From Chthoniobacterales bacterium (GTDB taxonomy: Bacteria; Verrucomicrobiota; Verrucomicrobiia; Chthoniobacterales; Chthoniobacteraceae), in NCBI GenBank assembly GCA_038207335.1, contig JBBQZX010000001.1:32001-96000 (forward strand): a stretch of 64,000 nucleotides of DNA, given 5' to 3'. The notes beneath the pieces are model-generated. The model did not search any database, was not told the origin of the DNA, and worked only from the letters and a program-made list of their open reading frames with translations. The translations under genes and the position numbers were made by a program. This document shows, in pieces, positions 9,001 to 16,634 of this stretch. Every line of letters starts with the position of its first letter. Position 1 is the first letter of the stretch.

Positions 9001-10333
9001 TTTCAATCGCATCGAGCTCGATGCGGTAGCCGCGGATTTTAACCTGGCGATCGACGCGGCCGAGAAACTCGAAATTGCCGTCCGACAACAGGCGCGCGAG
9101 GTCGCCCGATTTGTAGAGACGCGCGCCGTCTGACTGCAAAATAAAGCGTTCGGCGGTCAAGGCGGGCTGGTTGAGATAGCCCTGAGCGACGCCGTCGCCG
9201 CCGATGTGAATCTCGCCGGGAGTGCCCACTGGAACAGGGTTGCCGGCCTCGTCGAGGAGGCAAAGTTGCGTGCGCGCGATTGGCTTTCCGATAGTGATCG
9301 CAGCGCCGGGAAGGAGCTGGCAGGCGGTGCTCCAAACGGTGGTCTCGGTGGGTCCGTATTCGTTGAAGAGGGCGGCTTGGGGGAGACGCTGCGCGTGCTC
9401 TCCGGGAAGCGACGACGCACAATTTTCGCCCGCGACGATAACTGTCTGTAGAGAGGCGAGAGTCCCCGGAGCGCGGAGCAAAAGAGTGTGTAGCGACGGG
9501 AGGCAAAGGAGGTGCGTGATGGCTCGGGAACCGATCAGCGCGGCGAGCGCAAAGGGGTCGCGCTCTTCCTCGGCGGCGGGGAGAACGAGCGTCCCGCCAG
9601 TGCAGAGCGTCCAGAAAATCCCAGCCACCGAGCTGTCGAAAGCGAACGACGAGACGAGGAGAAATCTCGCGGGCGGATTCGCGTAAAACTCGAGCCGGGC
9701 GCGGGTCGAGTGGGCGAGATTTGCGTGTGAGACGAGGACGCCTTTCGGCCGGCCGGTGGAGCCGGAGGTGTAGATGACGTATGCCGTTCGATCAAGGCTG
9801 GCAGGAGAAAGGACGGTGGCAGGAACGACGGTGGAGTAATCTTCATCGAGAACGATAGACTCGATACCGTCGGAGAATTCCGATTCGAACTCGCGTGACG
9901 TGAGGACGAATCGCGGACCCGAATCGGCGAGCATGAAGCTGCGCAAACCGGCGGGGTATGCGGGATCGACTGGGACGTAAGCGCAGTCCGCCTTCAGGAT
10001 CCCGAGCAAGCCGGCGATCGTCTCGGGCGTGCGATGCGCGAGGATGGCGACGTGCGAACCGGCTTCCGTGCCGCGCGCCCGCAGCAGATGGGCGATCGAA
10101 TCGGAGCGGCGTCCGAGCTGCCGATAGGTGAGGCTTTTCTCCCCGGCGATGATCGCGATGGAGTCGGGGCTCTCCTCCGCACGCGCGCGCACGACTTCAT
10201 GCACCGGAAGACCCGGTGGAAAGGGAAAGCTGGATGTCGATATCTTCGCGGACAAAACGCAGGAGTGGACCGCCTTTAGTTTTCGCGTTTTTTGATGCCA
10301 CGCAACGCCGCGATCGACCCCACTGCCCAGCAT
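1..10333 (-). CDS. Hybrid NRPS-PKS megasynthase, 3'-truncated by the window edge (A-PCP-ST-KS-AT-ACP-AMT-LLM-C-A...)
   Basis: Manual translation of the minus strand gives the same frame at every point checked from ATG 10333 (alternative TTG 10255; in-frame TAG at 10363 upstream) to position 2. Motifs: LTYRQL, NEYGPTE, NGKID (A1, ~10200-8800); GGDSL (PCP ~8640); IFILAPPRSGTTLLRAML (sulfotransferase ~8370-7580); VQTACSSS, HGTGT, KTNIGH (KS ~7520-6250); GHSVG, HAFH (AT ~5960-5050); LGCDSL (ACP ~4770); YGKIIGGGMPIG (aminotransferase ~4510-3230); FSLYFF, WLPERHFH (LLM ~3080-2065); HHILGNG (C ~2040-760); YVLFTSGSTGVPKG, FDAATFEMWGALLNGG (A2 ~690-1). Absence from the ORF track fits an ORF with no stop in the window. 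Confidence 0.93.
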   Translation of the reverse strand, partial: MLGSGVDRGVAWHQKTRKLKAVHSCVLSAKISTSSFPFPPGLPVHEVVRARAEESPDSIAIIAGEKSLTYRQLGRRSDSIAHLLRARGTEAGSHVAILAHRTPETIAGLLGILKADCAYVPVDPAYPAGLRSFMLADSGPRFVLTSREFESEFSDGIESIVLDEDYSTVVPATVLSPASLDRTAYVIYTSGSTGRPKGVLVSHANLAHSTRARLEFYANPPARFLLVSSFAFDSSVAGIFWTLCTGGTLVLPAAEEERDPFALAALIGSRAITHLLCLPSLHTLLLRAPGTLASLQTVIVAGENCASSLPGEHAQRLPQAALFNEYGPTETTVWSTACQLLPGAAITIGKPIARTQLCLLDEAGNPVPVGTPGEIHIGGDGVAQGYLNQPALTAERFILQSDGARLYKSGDLARLLSDGNFEFLGRVDRQVKIRGYRIELDAIETVLQTHSTVHTAAVVVRGESQIVAYFSPKSASINDLRALVAAQLPAFMMPSVFAGMDEFPLTPNGKIDRAALPPLTRERPEVATAFTPPRTALEHYLASEWRDALHIDRIGIDDRFFEIGGDSLRAATLVQQLQQRIGEPVFVVAMFEAPTIALLAGYLQKHYPAAIARAFGEDTSATSAHESRVTSSMIERVRASLPTFQPASHAGEPRNRRAIFILAPPRSGTTLLRAMLHRHPGLFTASELRLLGTETLAQSGAFSRDGILRAIAEIKNCDDRQASEILEQCELENLGSGEFYARLLEWIEPRELVEKSPSCTLDPGALRHAEALFENAFYIHLSRHPYEVIRSFEKQRMDRVYLPSAGDLTPRQAGEVVWNIAHRNIADFLATIPPERQSFLRFSDLVADPRSSMEAIFSALGIPFDSAVLDPYRADSATASKAVPASDDPHFHAHRMIDPDAAGGWRGVLRDDFLCGETWRLAATLGYEKPTGDPAARVANEPIAIIGMAGNLPGARDVSAFWENLCAGVESIRPFTADELRASGVESTVLAEPGYVNAGATLDDADRFAASFFGFTPREAELMDPQQRILLECAWEAFEHAGQDVSRSAEPIGVFTGLALNSYLQNNLATRPDIAPHLAEYALTLGNEKDFAPTRIAHKLDLRGPAIGVQTACSSSLVALHLACQSLRSGEIGMALVGGGRIRSPLHSGYVHVEGGIASPDGHCRAFDENARGCVAASGIAAVVLKRLSDAQRDGDHIFSVIKATAINNDGATKAGFTAPSVEGQAEVISRAHAAAGITADTIDYVEAHGTGTALGDPIEIAALTRAFSAASFCRIGSVKTNIGHLDAGAGVAGLIKTALALDRELLPPSLHFHSPNPQIDFANGPFVVNAARTAWPRRNEPRRAGVSSFGIGGTNAHAVLEEAPLSEPSSLSRRSQLLILSAKTAPALDQASINLARHFRENPGLDLADVAHTLQIGRREFQHRRIVVAHDLADAAEALGKRDPHRVFSSVAETSVGDVVFMFPGQGAQFPGMARELFESEPVFRDALLECDALLKPQLDLTVALYSPATTTCEMTDTAVAQPAIFAVEYAMARLWQSWGVQPAAMLGHSVGEFTAACLSGVFSLKDALHLLSGRARLMSEIPAGSMLAVRLSQAELTPHLNRDIELAAVNSPRLCVVSGPTENVATFAREMEARGVASAHLPTSHAFHSRMMEPVLAPFIELARDTRLNAPRIPMFSTLTGNGANFTEPEYWSRQLRETVRFSAAVSKVDTRHILLEVGPGVTLSPLARQSRGGTVISSLGTTREHDQAAMLQALGRLWLAGVPIDWRLHRGAEKRRRVQLPTYPFERERFWIEPGIRDVSAPSALAFTPRPVSPKIAAPEAAPSLGDVRALLHGMSGIPVEKMDPSATLLELGCDSLFLTQFALALRKSFGVAVAFRQLFEELSTIERIAAHVESGTRSKASDRLSTPSAPASPVSEPANHGPFRPILRDASDTLNARQRQHLDSLISRYSALTAKSKLLSQEHRPHFADPRSISGFRPLWKELVYPIVVERSSGSKMWDVDGREYVDFTMGFGTNLLGHSPDFITAAIGAQLARGIEIGPQSPIAGEVARMLCEFSGMDRAAFCNTGSEATVAAARIARTVTGRDRVATCSGYHGINDEFLVRAKKVGGERRTVAIAPGIPDHVAREVLAVEYGAPASLEILRANAHNLAAIFVEPVQSRHPDLQPRDFLHELRRICSESGVVLVFDEVITGFRCHPGGAQAWFGVHADLAAYGKIIGGGMPIGALCGRAQFMDALDGGAWNFGDDSRPDVGVTFFAGTYVRHPLALAASHAMLSHLRDEGGALQERLNARTSALVSDLKGVLPADGPIRVESFGSMFIVKFDPEFAFGGLFFFHLREKGIHAWDNRLLFLSTAHSEADLSALVRAFSESVAEMEAGGFLGARVDDEALEAREGGTSNAEPERCVYQGPQAAAELQFSLYFFGNYPAAHRGDKYDLIIESTRFADANGFVAVWLPERHFHSIGGFSPNPAVLAAALARETSRIQLRAGSVVLPLHHPVRVAEEWSLVDNLSNGRVGISIASGWHPNDFVFAPDAYEQRREICTRSLETIRTLWRGDSISARGGTGNAIDVRLFPMPVQRELPVWLTCVRSESYEAAGTLGLNILAQLQNQSVEDVAGKIAIYRDARARAGHDRGHVTMLLHTFVTGDQAQARELARMPLREYLRSHVEISQKKSASKRGEADVNADDLEFLLDRAVTDYAHEKAFIGTEESCAVLAEKLRAAGVDEVGCLVDFGIDPDAVMASLPALDGLRKRLATASECPETFPLTDAQRGLCLLAETHPDSSRAYNETSALEFRGALDAAKLRAALEAVVARHEALRTTIDAASETQTVHPQVTIEMPVIECHSDATLESAIAEVRAIRFDFAHSPIMDVRLLRLASERHVLLLTFHHILGNGPSYVALFDDLLSIFGGEGRTLRPAIQLSSFAREILQHGQREAERFWRAQFSDRVPPLELPLDRPRPNLLTHRGGRASLTLDADLADALRKSGARHGGSMFTTLLSAFQTLLHRLTGQDDVVVGVPFSDPVRERIGGRELFANTTNTVALRSRLESGTTFADLLASNRRLVLEAHEHQRYFFANLIPLLGLRSDPSRAPIFSVLFNYEIGTYRKSLHELEVELITDSQPFAGLRDTALAELFLNVSEKDGALFLRCDFNTDLFDGKTIERWLGHFRHLLEAIAVDPAAAISALPLLSEEERHRMLVDWNDTARDFPANETIGAQFEKWVVRKPDATALIEGAANISFAELDRRASRVARHLRARGVRAGHFVGLRAERTARFIESVLGIVKAGAAYVPLDPAEPAERAAQMRAGCAWVLDPDAIEDADDLPDSAAADGPAYVLFTSGSTGVPKGVVVPHRAISRLVVNSDFVHFQPDDVVAFASNVCFDAATFEMWGALLNGGTLVVTPQEILLSPPALAVHLAVHRITTLFLTTSLFNQTSNASP

Positions 10334-10482
10334 GATGTGAATGAAAGAGCAGCGGCGAGGCTAAAAAGGGAAACGCGGGTCATGATTTTTATTGGCGCAA
10401 AATGATGGTGCGCGGATGCTCGCGTGCGCTGCCAGTCGGCGGCGCATTACGATTCATGACGGCATTTTCGCAATCCCGCACT

Positions 10483-10498
10483 AGCAGCGCGTATGCCA
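10483..10498 (-). promoter_or_regulatory. Candidate sigma54 (-24/-12) promoter facing the NRPS-PKS
   Basis: Minus strand TGGCATACGCGCTGCT(A), GG-N10-GC spacing, intergenic, ~150 nt upstream of ATG 10333. Confidence 0.55.
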
Positions 10499-10526
10499 TC
10501 CGCCCGAGCGTGGCGGGTACTGGCGC

Positions 10527-11069
10527 ATGAAGCTGCGCGGCTATTCGAGCGCGGCGTTCGATCGCGGCGCGCCGCTCTGGCAGGAGGCGCTTTGGATCGC
10601 CGTGAAGGTGTTGTTTTTCATGAATCCGTGGCCGTGGCCGTCGGCGCTGCGAGTGGCGATGCTGCGGGCTTTCGGGGCGAGGATCGGCGAGCGCGTGGTG
10701 GTGCGCAGCCTCGTGAATATCAGCTTTCCATGGCGACTGACGGCTGGAGACGATGTGTGGATCGGCGAGGAGGCGATGCTGCTGACGCTCGCGCCGATCG
10801 TACTGGAGTCGGATGTGTGCGTGTCGCAGCGGGCGTTTCTGTGCACGGGGTCGCACCGGTTTCATGCTGAGAATTTCGATCTCGTGGCAAAGCCGATCAC
10901 AGTGCGCTCCGGATCGTGGATCGCGGCGCACGCGTTCATCGCGCCCGGGGTGGAAATCGGTGTGGGAAGCATGGTGTGCGCGGGGAGCGTGGTGATCGGG
11001 GATGTGCCGGCGGGCACGGTCGTGCGGGGGAATCCGGCGGTGGCTGTGCCGCGCCGCGCGGAGGTGTGA
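10527..11069 (+). CDS. wcaF: WcaF-like hexapeptide-repeat acetyltransferase
   Basis: LRAFGARIG, ISFPWRL, CTGSH, GSVV, GNPA left-handed beta-helix motifs. Confidence 0.85.
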   Translation: MKLRGYSSAAFDRGAPLWQEALWIAVKVLFFMNPWPWPSALRVAMLRAFGARIGERVVVRSLVNISFPWRLTAGDDVWIGEEAMLLTLAPIVLESDVCVSQRAFLCTGSHRFHAENFDLVAKPITVRSGSWIAAHAFIAPGVEIGVGSMVCAGSVVIGDVPAGTVVRGNPAVAVPRRAEV

Positions 11070-11086
11070 AGGTCGGCGTTCCGGCG

Positions 11087-12169
11087 ATGCGTGTCCTGTT
11101 TTTGAATCAGTTTTTCCCTCCTGATCCGGCCCCGACGGGCGTGCTTTTCCGCGAACTGGCGGATGATCTGGCGGCAGAGGGGCACGAGATCGAGTTCATC
11201 GCCTCGCGGCAGGAATATCGCGCTGGGCAGGGACAGCGCGGGCGGATGCGGCGAGAGTTGAAGGCGCTCGGCGCGATGCTGCTCGACGGGTTGCGGGCGC
11301 GGCGCGCGGATGTCGTGGTATCGGGAACTTCGCCGCCATGCCTGCTCGTCGTGGCGGCGATGGTCGCGCTGTGGCACCGGGCGCGTTCGGTGCATTGGGT
11401 CATGGACCTTTATCCTGAAATCGCGGTGGCGCTCGGCGAACTGCGCGATGGAATTTTGGCGCAGGCGATCGGGAAAATCATGGGCTGGGCGTATCGCCGA
11501 TGCGCGCATGTGGTGGCGCTAGATGCGGACATGGCGGCGCGGATTTCAAAATATGGCGTGGCCGCGAAGATCGTGCGCCCGTGGGTCTTCGCAAGCGTAA
11601 TGGCTCAGCGCGGGGCGGGGGAGCGAGGCGAACCGTGGACATGGATTTACTCAGGAAATCTCGGGCGTGCGCACGAGTGGGAGACGCTGCTGGCGGCGCA
11701 GGCGTTTCTGGAAAAGAGCGACGCGGGCGTGCGGCTGCTTTTTCAAGGCGGCGGACCTTCGTGGCCAGCGGCGCAGGCGCGGACGCAGGAACTCGGACTG
11801 CGAAATTGCGAGTGGCAGCCGTATGTGGCGGAAAGTGAATTGCGGGGCTCGCTGTTGCGCGCGGGTTGCTGTGCGGTGACACAGTTGCCCGCGACGCAAG
11901 GCATGTTGTGGCCGAGCAAACTGGGATTTTTGTTCACTCTCCCGCGACCGCTTTTGTGGATAGGGCCGGTGGATGGCGCGATCACCCAGGCACTGTGCGA
12001 GGTGCCTCACGCCGGGATTTTCGCGCCGGGACAGTCGGCTGAGGTCGCGCAGTGGCTGCTCGTTCAGCGAGAGCGCCGAGACGAGATTTCCGACGGCCTC
12101 GCCGCCGCGGCAGCACAGCGCGAGGTGGCGATGTCGAAAATGCGGGCGCTGGTGGTGAATGGGCCCTGA
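11087..12169 (+). CDS. Glycosyltransferase family 4 (WcaI-like)
   Basis: NQFFPPD, WVMDLYPEIA, YSGNLGRAH, PSK motifs; start ATG 11087 or GTG 11066 overlapping the wcaF stop. Confidence 0.85.
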   Translation: MRVLFLNQFFPPDPAPTGVLFRELADDLAAEGHEIEFIASRQEYRAGQGQRGRMRRELKALGAMLLDGLRARRADVVVSGTSPPCLLVVAAMVALWHRARSVHWVMDLYPEIAVALGELRDGILAQAIGKIMGWAYRRCAHVVALDADMAARISKYGVAAKIVRPWVFASVMAQRGAGERGEPWTWIYSGNLGRAHEWETLLAAQAFLEKSDAGVRLLFQGGGPSWPAAQARTQELGLRNCEWQPYVAESELRGSLLRAGCCAVTQLPATQGMLWPSKLGFLFTLPRPLLWIGPVDGAITQALCEVPHAGIFAPGQSAEVAQWLLVQRERRDEISDGLAAAAAQREVAMSKMRALVVNGP

Positions 12170-12200
12170 TGCCGAAGCCGGAAAACTGCCCTCTGCGCAG

Positions 12201-12216
12201 TGGCACCTCGGATGCT
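12201..12216 (+). promoter_or_regulatory. Candidate sigma54 promoter upstream of the wecA-like gene
   Basis: TGGCACCTCGGATGCT(A), GG-N10-GC, in the 12170-12306 intergenic gap; the downstream gene has a GGAGGAGG SD. Confidence 0.6.
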
Positions 12217-12306
12217 ATTGTCCGCGACCCGCATGTCCGCTGAACTCGATCAACTCGCATTTTCAACTGACGACCGCCCGGACGAGGCCGGTGGAGGAGG
12301 TGTGCG

Positions 12307-13662
12307 ATGATTTTTTCGGTCGGCTTTTTTCTGCTAGGGTTTCTCGTCGCATTTCTCACGACGCCGTGGGTCATTCGGCTTTCGCACACGGGCATCGGGC
12401 TCGACGATCCAAATCAGTCGCGCAAGTCGCACACGGCGCCGATCCCGCGGCTCGGTGGCGCGCCGATCATGCTCGCGATTTCGCTGGGGCAAATCCTCAT
12501 CCTCACGGTGGAGCCGCAGCACGCGTCGAAGTGGTTCCCGGTCCTGCTCGGCAGCCTGCTGATGTACGGGCTCGGACTGTGGGACGATCTGAAGCCGCTT
12601 GGCGCGCGGAAAAAGCTCGCTGGCCAAATCGCGACCGCGGTGATCGTTTATTGCATGGGGCTGAGCATCGATCGCGTCTCGTATCCCGGAGGCGCGTGGA
12701 GCGTGGAACTCGGCGCATGGAGCGCGCCGGTCACGATTTTCTGGCTCATCGCGGTTCCGAATATCGTGAATCTGATCGACGGCTTCGACGGCCTCGCGGG
12801 CGGGCTCGGACTTTTCATGTCCGTCACACTCGGAATCGTCGGCCTCTACAATGAGCAGCTCGCGGTCGCGTGGTACGCTTTCACGATGGCTGGCGCACTG
12901 CTCGGATTCCTCGTGTTCAATTTCCCGCCGGCGCGCATTTTTCTCGGAGACGGCGGCGCGTATCTCATCGGCTTCACGATTGCGGCGCTATCGCTCACGA
13001 GTTCGAACAAAGGCTCGGTCGCCGTCGTGCTCCTCGTCACGATCGTGGCACTCGGCGTGCCGATCCTCGACACGAGCTTCGCGCTGCTGCGGCGTGCGGT
13101 GCGCGGCTTTCCGCTTTTTCATGCGGATGGTGAGCACCTGCATCATCGACTGGAAAATCTCGGCTTTTCCAAAAGGCGCATCGTGCTGGGTATTTATGGC
13201 GTGGCGGTCGTCCTTTCGCTGCTCGCGCTGAGCATCGTCTGGACGCAGGCGCGCACTTTGCCGCTGGGGATTGCGTTCATTTTCCTGCTTGCGGTTTTGG
13301 TGCTGCGATACTTCCACCGGGTGCGGGATCTCGACGATATGTGGCGGAAGATGGGGCGCGTTTTCGGCCAGAGGCGCAGCGTGCAGTACGCGCTGCTGCA
13401 GGCGCGGCTGCTGGAGATGGAGGTGGAGCGGTGCAAAACGCGAGAGGAGTTTTGGCAGATTTTCGAGCAGACGCTGCGGCGGGTGGGCTTCGCGGAAAAT
13501 GCCAGCGGCGATGAGCACGTCGAACTGCATGTGAAATACAATGGAAGCACGCCGTGGACGCTGCACGCGCCTCGGGAACGCGCGACACGTCGCGAGTGGC
13601 AGCGGATTGCCGAGTGCTTTCGCTCGGCATATATCAAAGGACGCGCACGATGGGACGAGTGA
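12307..13662 (+). CDS. WecA/MraY-family undecaprenyl-phosphate GlcNAc-1-P transferase with C-terminal extension
   Basis: PRLGG, GLWDD, NLIDGFDGL, FNFPPARIFLGDGG, HLHHRL; many TM segments. Confidence 0.9.
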   Translation: MIFSVGFFLLGFLVAFLTTPWVIRLSHTGIGLDDPNQSRKSHTAPIPRLGGAPIMLAISLGQILILTVEPQHASKWFPVLLGSLLMYGLGLWDDLKPLGARKKLAGQIATAVIVYCMGLSIDRVSYPGGAWSVELGAWSAPVTIFWLIAVPNIVNLIDGFDGLAGGLGLFMSVTLGIVGLYNEQLAVAWYAFTMAGALLGFLVFNFPPARIFLGDGGAYLIGFTIAALSLTSSNKGSVAVVLLVTIVALGVPILDTSFALLRRAVRGFPLFHADGEHLHHRLENLGFSKRRIVLGIYGVAVVLSLLALSIVWTQARTLPLGIAFIFLLAVLVLRYFHRVRDLDDMWRKMGRVFGQRRSVQYALLQARLLEMEVERCKTREEFWQIFEQTLRRVGFAENASGDEHVELHVKYNGSTPWTLHAPRERATRREWQRIAECFRSAYIKGRARWDE

Positions 13663-16025
13663 GCCGGAGGAGCCGGGCGAAGGAGCCCGCGGCGCGCACG
13701 GAAACCAACTGGCAGAGAGTCGCTGCGCTCGTGATTTTCGGCGTGCTCGCGACTGGCGCGCCGATGGCATTTGGAGCGGTCGATCGTTTCACGCAGATCG
13801 TCCTCGTGGGCCTTCTCGGCATCGGCGTGCTCCTTCAGCCGCCCCAAGTTGCGCGGGTCGGCAGATGGATGAATTTCGCGCTTCTCGCGCTCCTTGCGCT
13901 GGTGGTGGTGAAGGAGTTCGGACCGGCGAAGTTTTTCGGCCACACGACCTGGCGAACGACGCTGGAGGAAAGTTACGGGCTCGAGCTGCCATGGACGCAT
14001 CACCCGGAGCCTGCGCGCGCGCTCGAGGCGCTGCTCACGGTCGCGGTGGCGGCAATTTGGCTTGTGTGGGTGCGCTCACTGGCGTCCGTGCGGGAGAATC
14101 GCGCGGCGCTCGCGTGGATGCTTTTCGGCGCGGGCACGCTGGTGGCGGCGGTGTCGTTTGCGGCGAAAGGGGGCGATCCGCGCGCAATCTGGGGGCTGCG
14201 CTACACGCCGGGCTGGCGTGGCTTTGGGCCATTCCCGAATCGCAATCACAGCGCCTGTTTTTTTGCGATGAGTGCGATCGTCGGCGCGGGTTGTGTGACT
14301 TGGGCGGGAATGCGGAGGAGATACGATTTGCTCACCGGCGGCATCCTGATGCTGGGTCTCGTGTTGAGCGGGCTTTTCGCCACGGAATCGCGCGGCGGCA
14401 TGGTTGCGCTGGGCTGCGGCGCGCTCGTGTTTGTGGGCTTCGTGCTGGCAAAGCTGCGCAGCCGGCGGGCATTCGGCGTGGCTCTCGCGGCGCTGTTGGT
14501 GGCGCTCGCGGTGGCGTTGGTTTTCGGCTCGAAATCGCTCGCGAGATTTTCCAACGGAGAGGGCGCGCATGTGTCGAATCAACTCCGCCGCGAAATCTGG
14601 CACGACGGATTCGCGATGTGGCGGGACGCTCCGCTTTTCGGTCACGGGCTGAGTTCGTTCGCGGAGATTTTTCCGATGTATGAAACGATGCAGCTCGACG
14701 ACCAAGTGGTGCTGCATCCCGAGAGCAGTTGGCTCCAGTGGCTCGATGAAATGGGCGCGGTTCCGCTGCTACTCGGCGCGGGGATTTGCCTCGCGTTTCT
14801 CCTCCCGCACGCGCGCGAAAATTTCCGCTCGCGAAACACCTTCTATCTCCGCGCCGGAGGCTTCGCAGCGACCGCGGCCCTACTCGCGCACTCCGTCATC
14901 GACGTGCCTGCTCATCGCTGGGGGACGGTGGCATTTGCGATTGCGGCCGTCGGTCTGGCGTGTCCCTGGAGATCGCGCGTTGCCGCATCGCAGCCGACGC
15001 GCCGGCCTGCGCTCCTGGCGCTCGGCATCGCTTTTTTTTGGTCGCTGCCGCTGCTCGCCGACTGGCCGGCGTGGTCGCCGCTTTCACTGAATCGTCTGCT
15101 CTCGAAGAACGAGCCATCGAACATTCTGAGGCTCGCGGAGATCGAGCGCGCGCTGCACTATTTCCCGCTAGATGCCGCGCTGCACGAGGCCGCTGGACTC
15201 GTGCTCCTGCGCTCCGGCGGCGCGCCCGCGAGCGAGTGGCAGCGGGAGTTTCAAATCGCCAGCCGACTCGTGCCGAGTTCATGGCGCACGCCTGCCGAGC
15301 AGGCTCGTGCCACCCGTAAAATCTCGCCGGCGTTTTCCCTCCATGCATGGCAACTCGCGATCGAGCGCGGCGCCCACCAACGCGAGGAATTGCTCGGTCT
15401 GGCGATGCGTGAGACGACGTCGAATCCCGCGTCCTCAGCCGCGTGGAGCAGTTACGTGGAGGCGCATCCCGACTTGCTGCTGGCCTACTCCCGCACCGCG
15501 CCGGAGGACCTTGGGCGTGATGCGTTCCATCGGTGGTGGGAGGGGCGGGCGCTCACTTCCGCAAAGATCGGCGATACGGAGGTGCGCGATTTTTATCCCG
15601 CGCTGCGTCGATGGGGGACGCCGCGGCAGCTTGCGCAGTGGATGGAGCACCGGCCGGATTTGCGGGCGCGGGACGCGCGAGTTTGGGCTTCGATCATCGT
15701 ACAGTGGGGCGATGAAGCTGGCGCTTGGGCGGTGCTCGCGGCGGCATTTCCCGAGCCGGAATTCCCCGCACCGCGCCAGTCGCTCCTCCGCGACGATCTC
15801 GAGCGACGCTGGAAATCCGACGCGCGAGATCTCGTGAACGCGCGCGTTTTGGCGCAATACCTCCTGACGAACGATGAGATTGCCGCTGGGAAAAAAATCA
15901 TCCTCGATGTCGCTCATCGGCGTGACGCGCCCGATTGGTTCGTCACGAAAGCGGCCCACATTCTCGCGGCAGACGGCCAACTCGCCGAGGCGATCGCGCT
16001 GCTGCTCCACGATCAGGCGAAGTGA
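13650..16025 (+). CDS. O-antigen ligase (Wzy_C)-family membrane protein with long helical C-terminal region
   Basis: GPFPNRNH, TESRGG, RxEIW...PLFGHGL, HPESSWLQ; start ATG 13650 overlaps the end of the upstream gene. Confidence 0.8.
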   Translation: MGRVSRRSRAKEPAARTETNWQRVAALVIFGVLATGAPMAFGAVDRFTQIVLVGLLGIGVLLQPPQVARVGRWMNFALLALLALVVVKEFGPAKFFGHTTWRTTLEESYGLELPWTHHPEPARALEALLTVAVAAIWLVWVRSLASVRENRAALAWMLFGAGTLVAAVSFAAKGGDPRAIWGLRYTPGWRGFGPFPNRNHSACFFAMSAIVGAGCVTWAGMRRRYDLLTGGILMLGLVLSGLFATESRGGMVALGCGALVFVGFVLAKLRSRRAFGVALAALLVALAVALVFGSKSLARFSNGEGAHVSNQLRREIWHDGFAMWRDAPLFGHGLSSFAEIFPMYETMQLDDQVVLHPESSWLQWLDEMGAVPLLLGAGICLAFLLPHARENFRSRNTFYLRAGGFAATAALLAHSVIDVPAHRWGTVAFAIAAVGLACPWRSRVAASQPTRRPALLALGIAFFWSLPLLADWPAWSPLSLNRLLSKNEPSNILRLAEIERALHYFPLDAALHEAAGLVLLRSGGAPASEWQREFQIASRLVPSSWRTPAEQARATRKISPAFSLHAWQLAIERGAHQREELLGLAMRETTSNPASSAAWSSYVEAHPDLLLAYSRTAPEDLGRDAFHRWWEGRALTSAKIGDTEVRDFYPALRRWGTPRQLAQWMEHRPDLRARDARVWASIIVQWGDEAGAWAVLAAAFPEPEFPAPRQSLLRDDLERRWKSDARDLVNARVLAQYLLTNDEIAAGKKIILDVAHRRDAPDWFVTKAAHILAADGQLAEAIALLLHDQAK

Positions 16026-16068
16026 ATTTCGGGATTTCCGAACGCCGGAATCGGGGTAAATAAGCCCC

Positions 16069-16578
16069 GTGGCGCGATCACTCATCCCAAAATCCCAGCC
16101 GCCCGGCACCCGCGCGGTCGATGCCGGCGTGCGTGAGCGCATTCACGCGTTCATCGCCGAGCGCGGGTTGAGGAAGACCACACAGCGCGACGCGATCATC
16201 GAGGCGGCATTCAGTACGACCGAGCACTACACGGCCGAGGATTTGCTCGCGAGGGCGAAAAAAATCGACCCGTCCGTGTCACGCGCGACCGTGTATCGCA
16301 CCCTGCCGCTGTTCGTGGAATGCGGCGTTCTGATGGAGATGGACTTCGGCGGTGACCACAAGTTCTACGATCCGAATTTCATAGAGCACCCAAATCACAA
16401 CCACCTGATTTGCACCGACTGTCACAAAATCGTGGAGTTCGACGACGTCCACATCGACACGCTGGAAACGTGCATCAGCAAACGTCTCGGCTTTTCTCCC
16501 GAGAAAAAAAGCGTCCGCATCGAGGCAAGTTGCGACGAGCTGAAGATGAAGGGTGCGTGCGGGAAGATGAAGGCTTGA
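16069..16578 (+). CDS. Fur-family transcriptional regulator
   Basis: HYTAEDL, VSRATVYRTL, HNHLICTDC. Confidence 0.92.
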   Translation: MARSLIPKSQPPGTRAVDAGVRERIHAFIAERGLRKTTQRDAIIEAAFSTTEHYTAEDLLARAKKIDPSVSRATVYRTLPLFVECGVLMEMDFGGDHKFYDPNFIEHPNHNHLICTDCHKIVEFDDVHIDTLETCISKRLGFSPEKKSVRIEASCDELKMKGACGKMKA

Positions 16579-16634
16579 GGGCGGCTTGGCTCTGCGTGGC
16601 GAGTGCCCGTGCGACCGGCCGGCCGGTTTGACTT

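Noticed and set aside
20..10279. Numerous ORF-track entries across the first 10 kb
   Set aside because: They are antisense or off-frame shadows of the single NRPS-PKS frame; Arg/Ser-rich with no recognisable motifs
10527..16025. Glycosylation genes as tailoring enzymes of the NRPS-PKS
   Set aside because: They are divergently transcribed undecaprenyl-pathway families, so adjacency alone does not support a link
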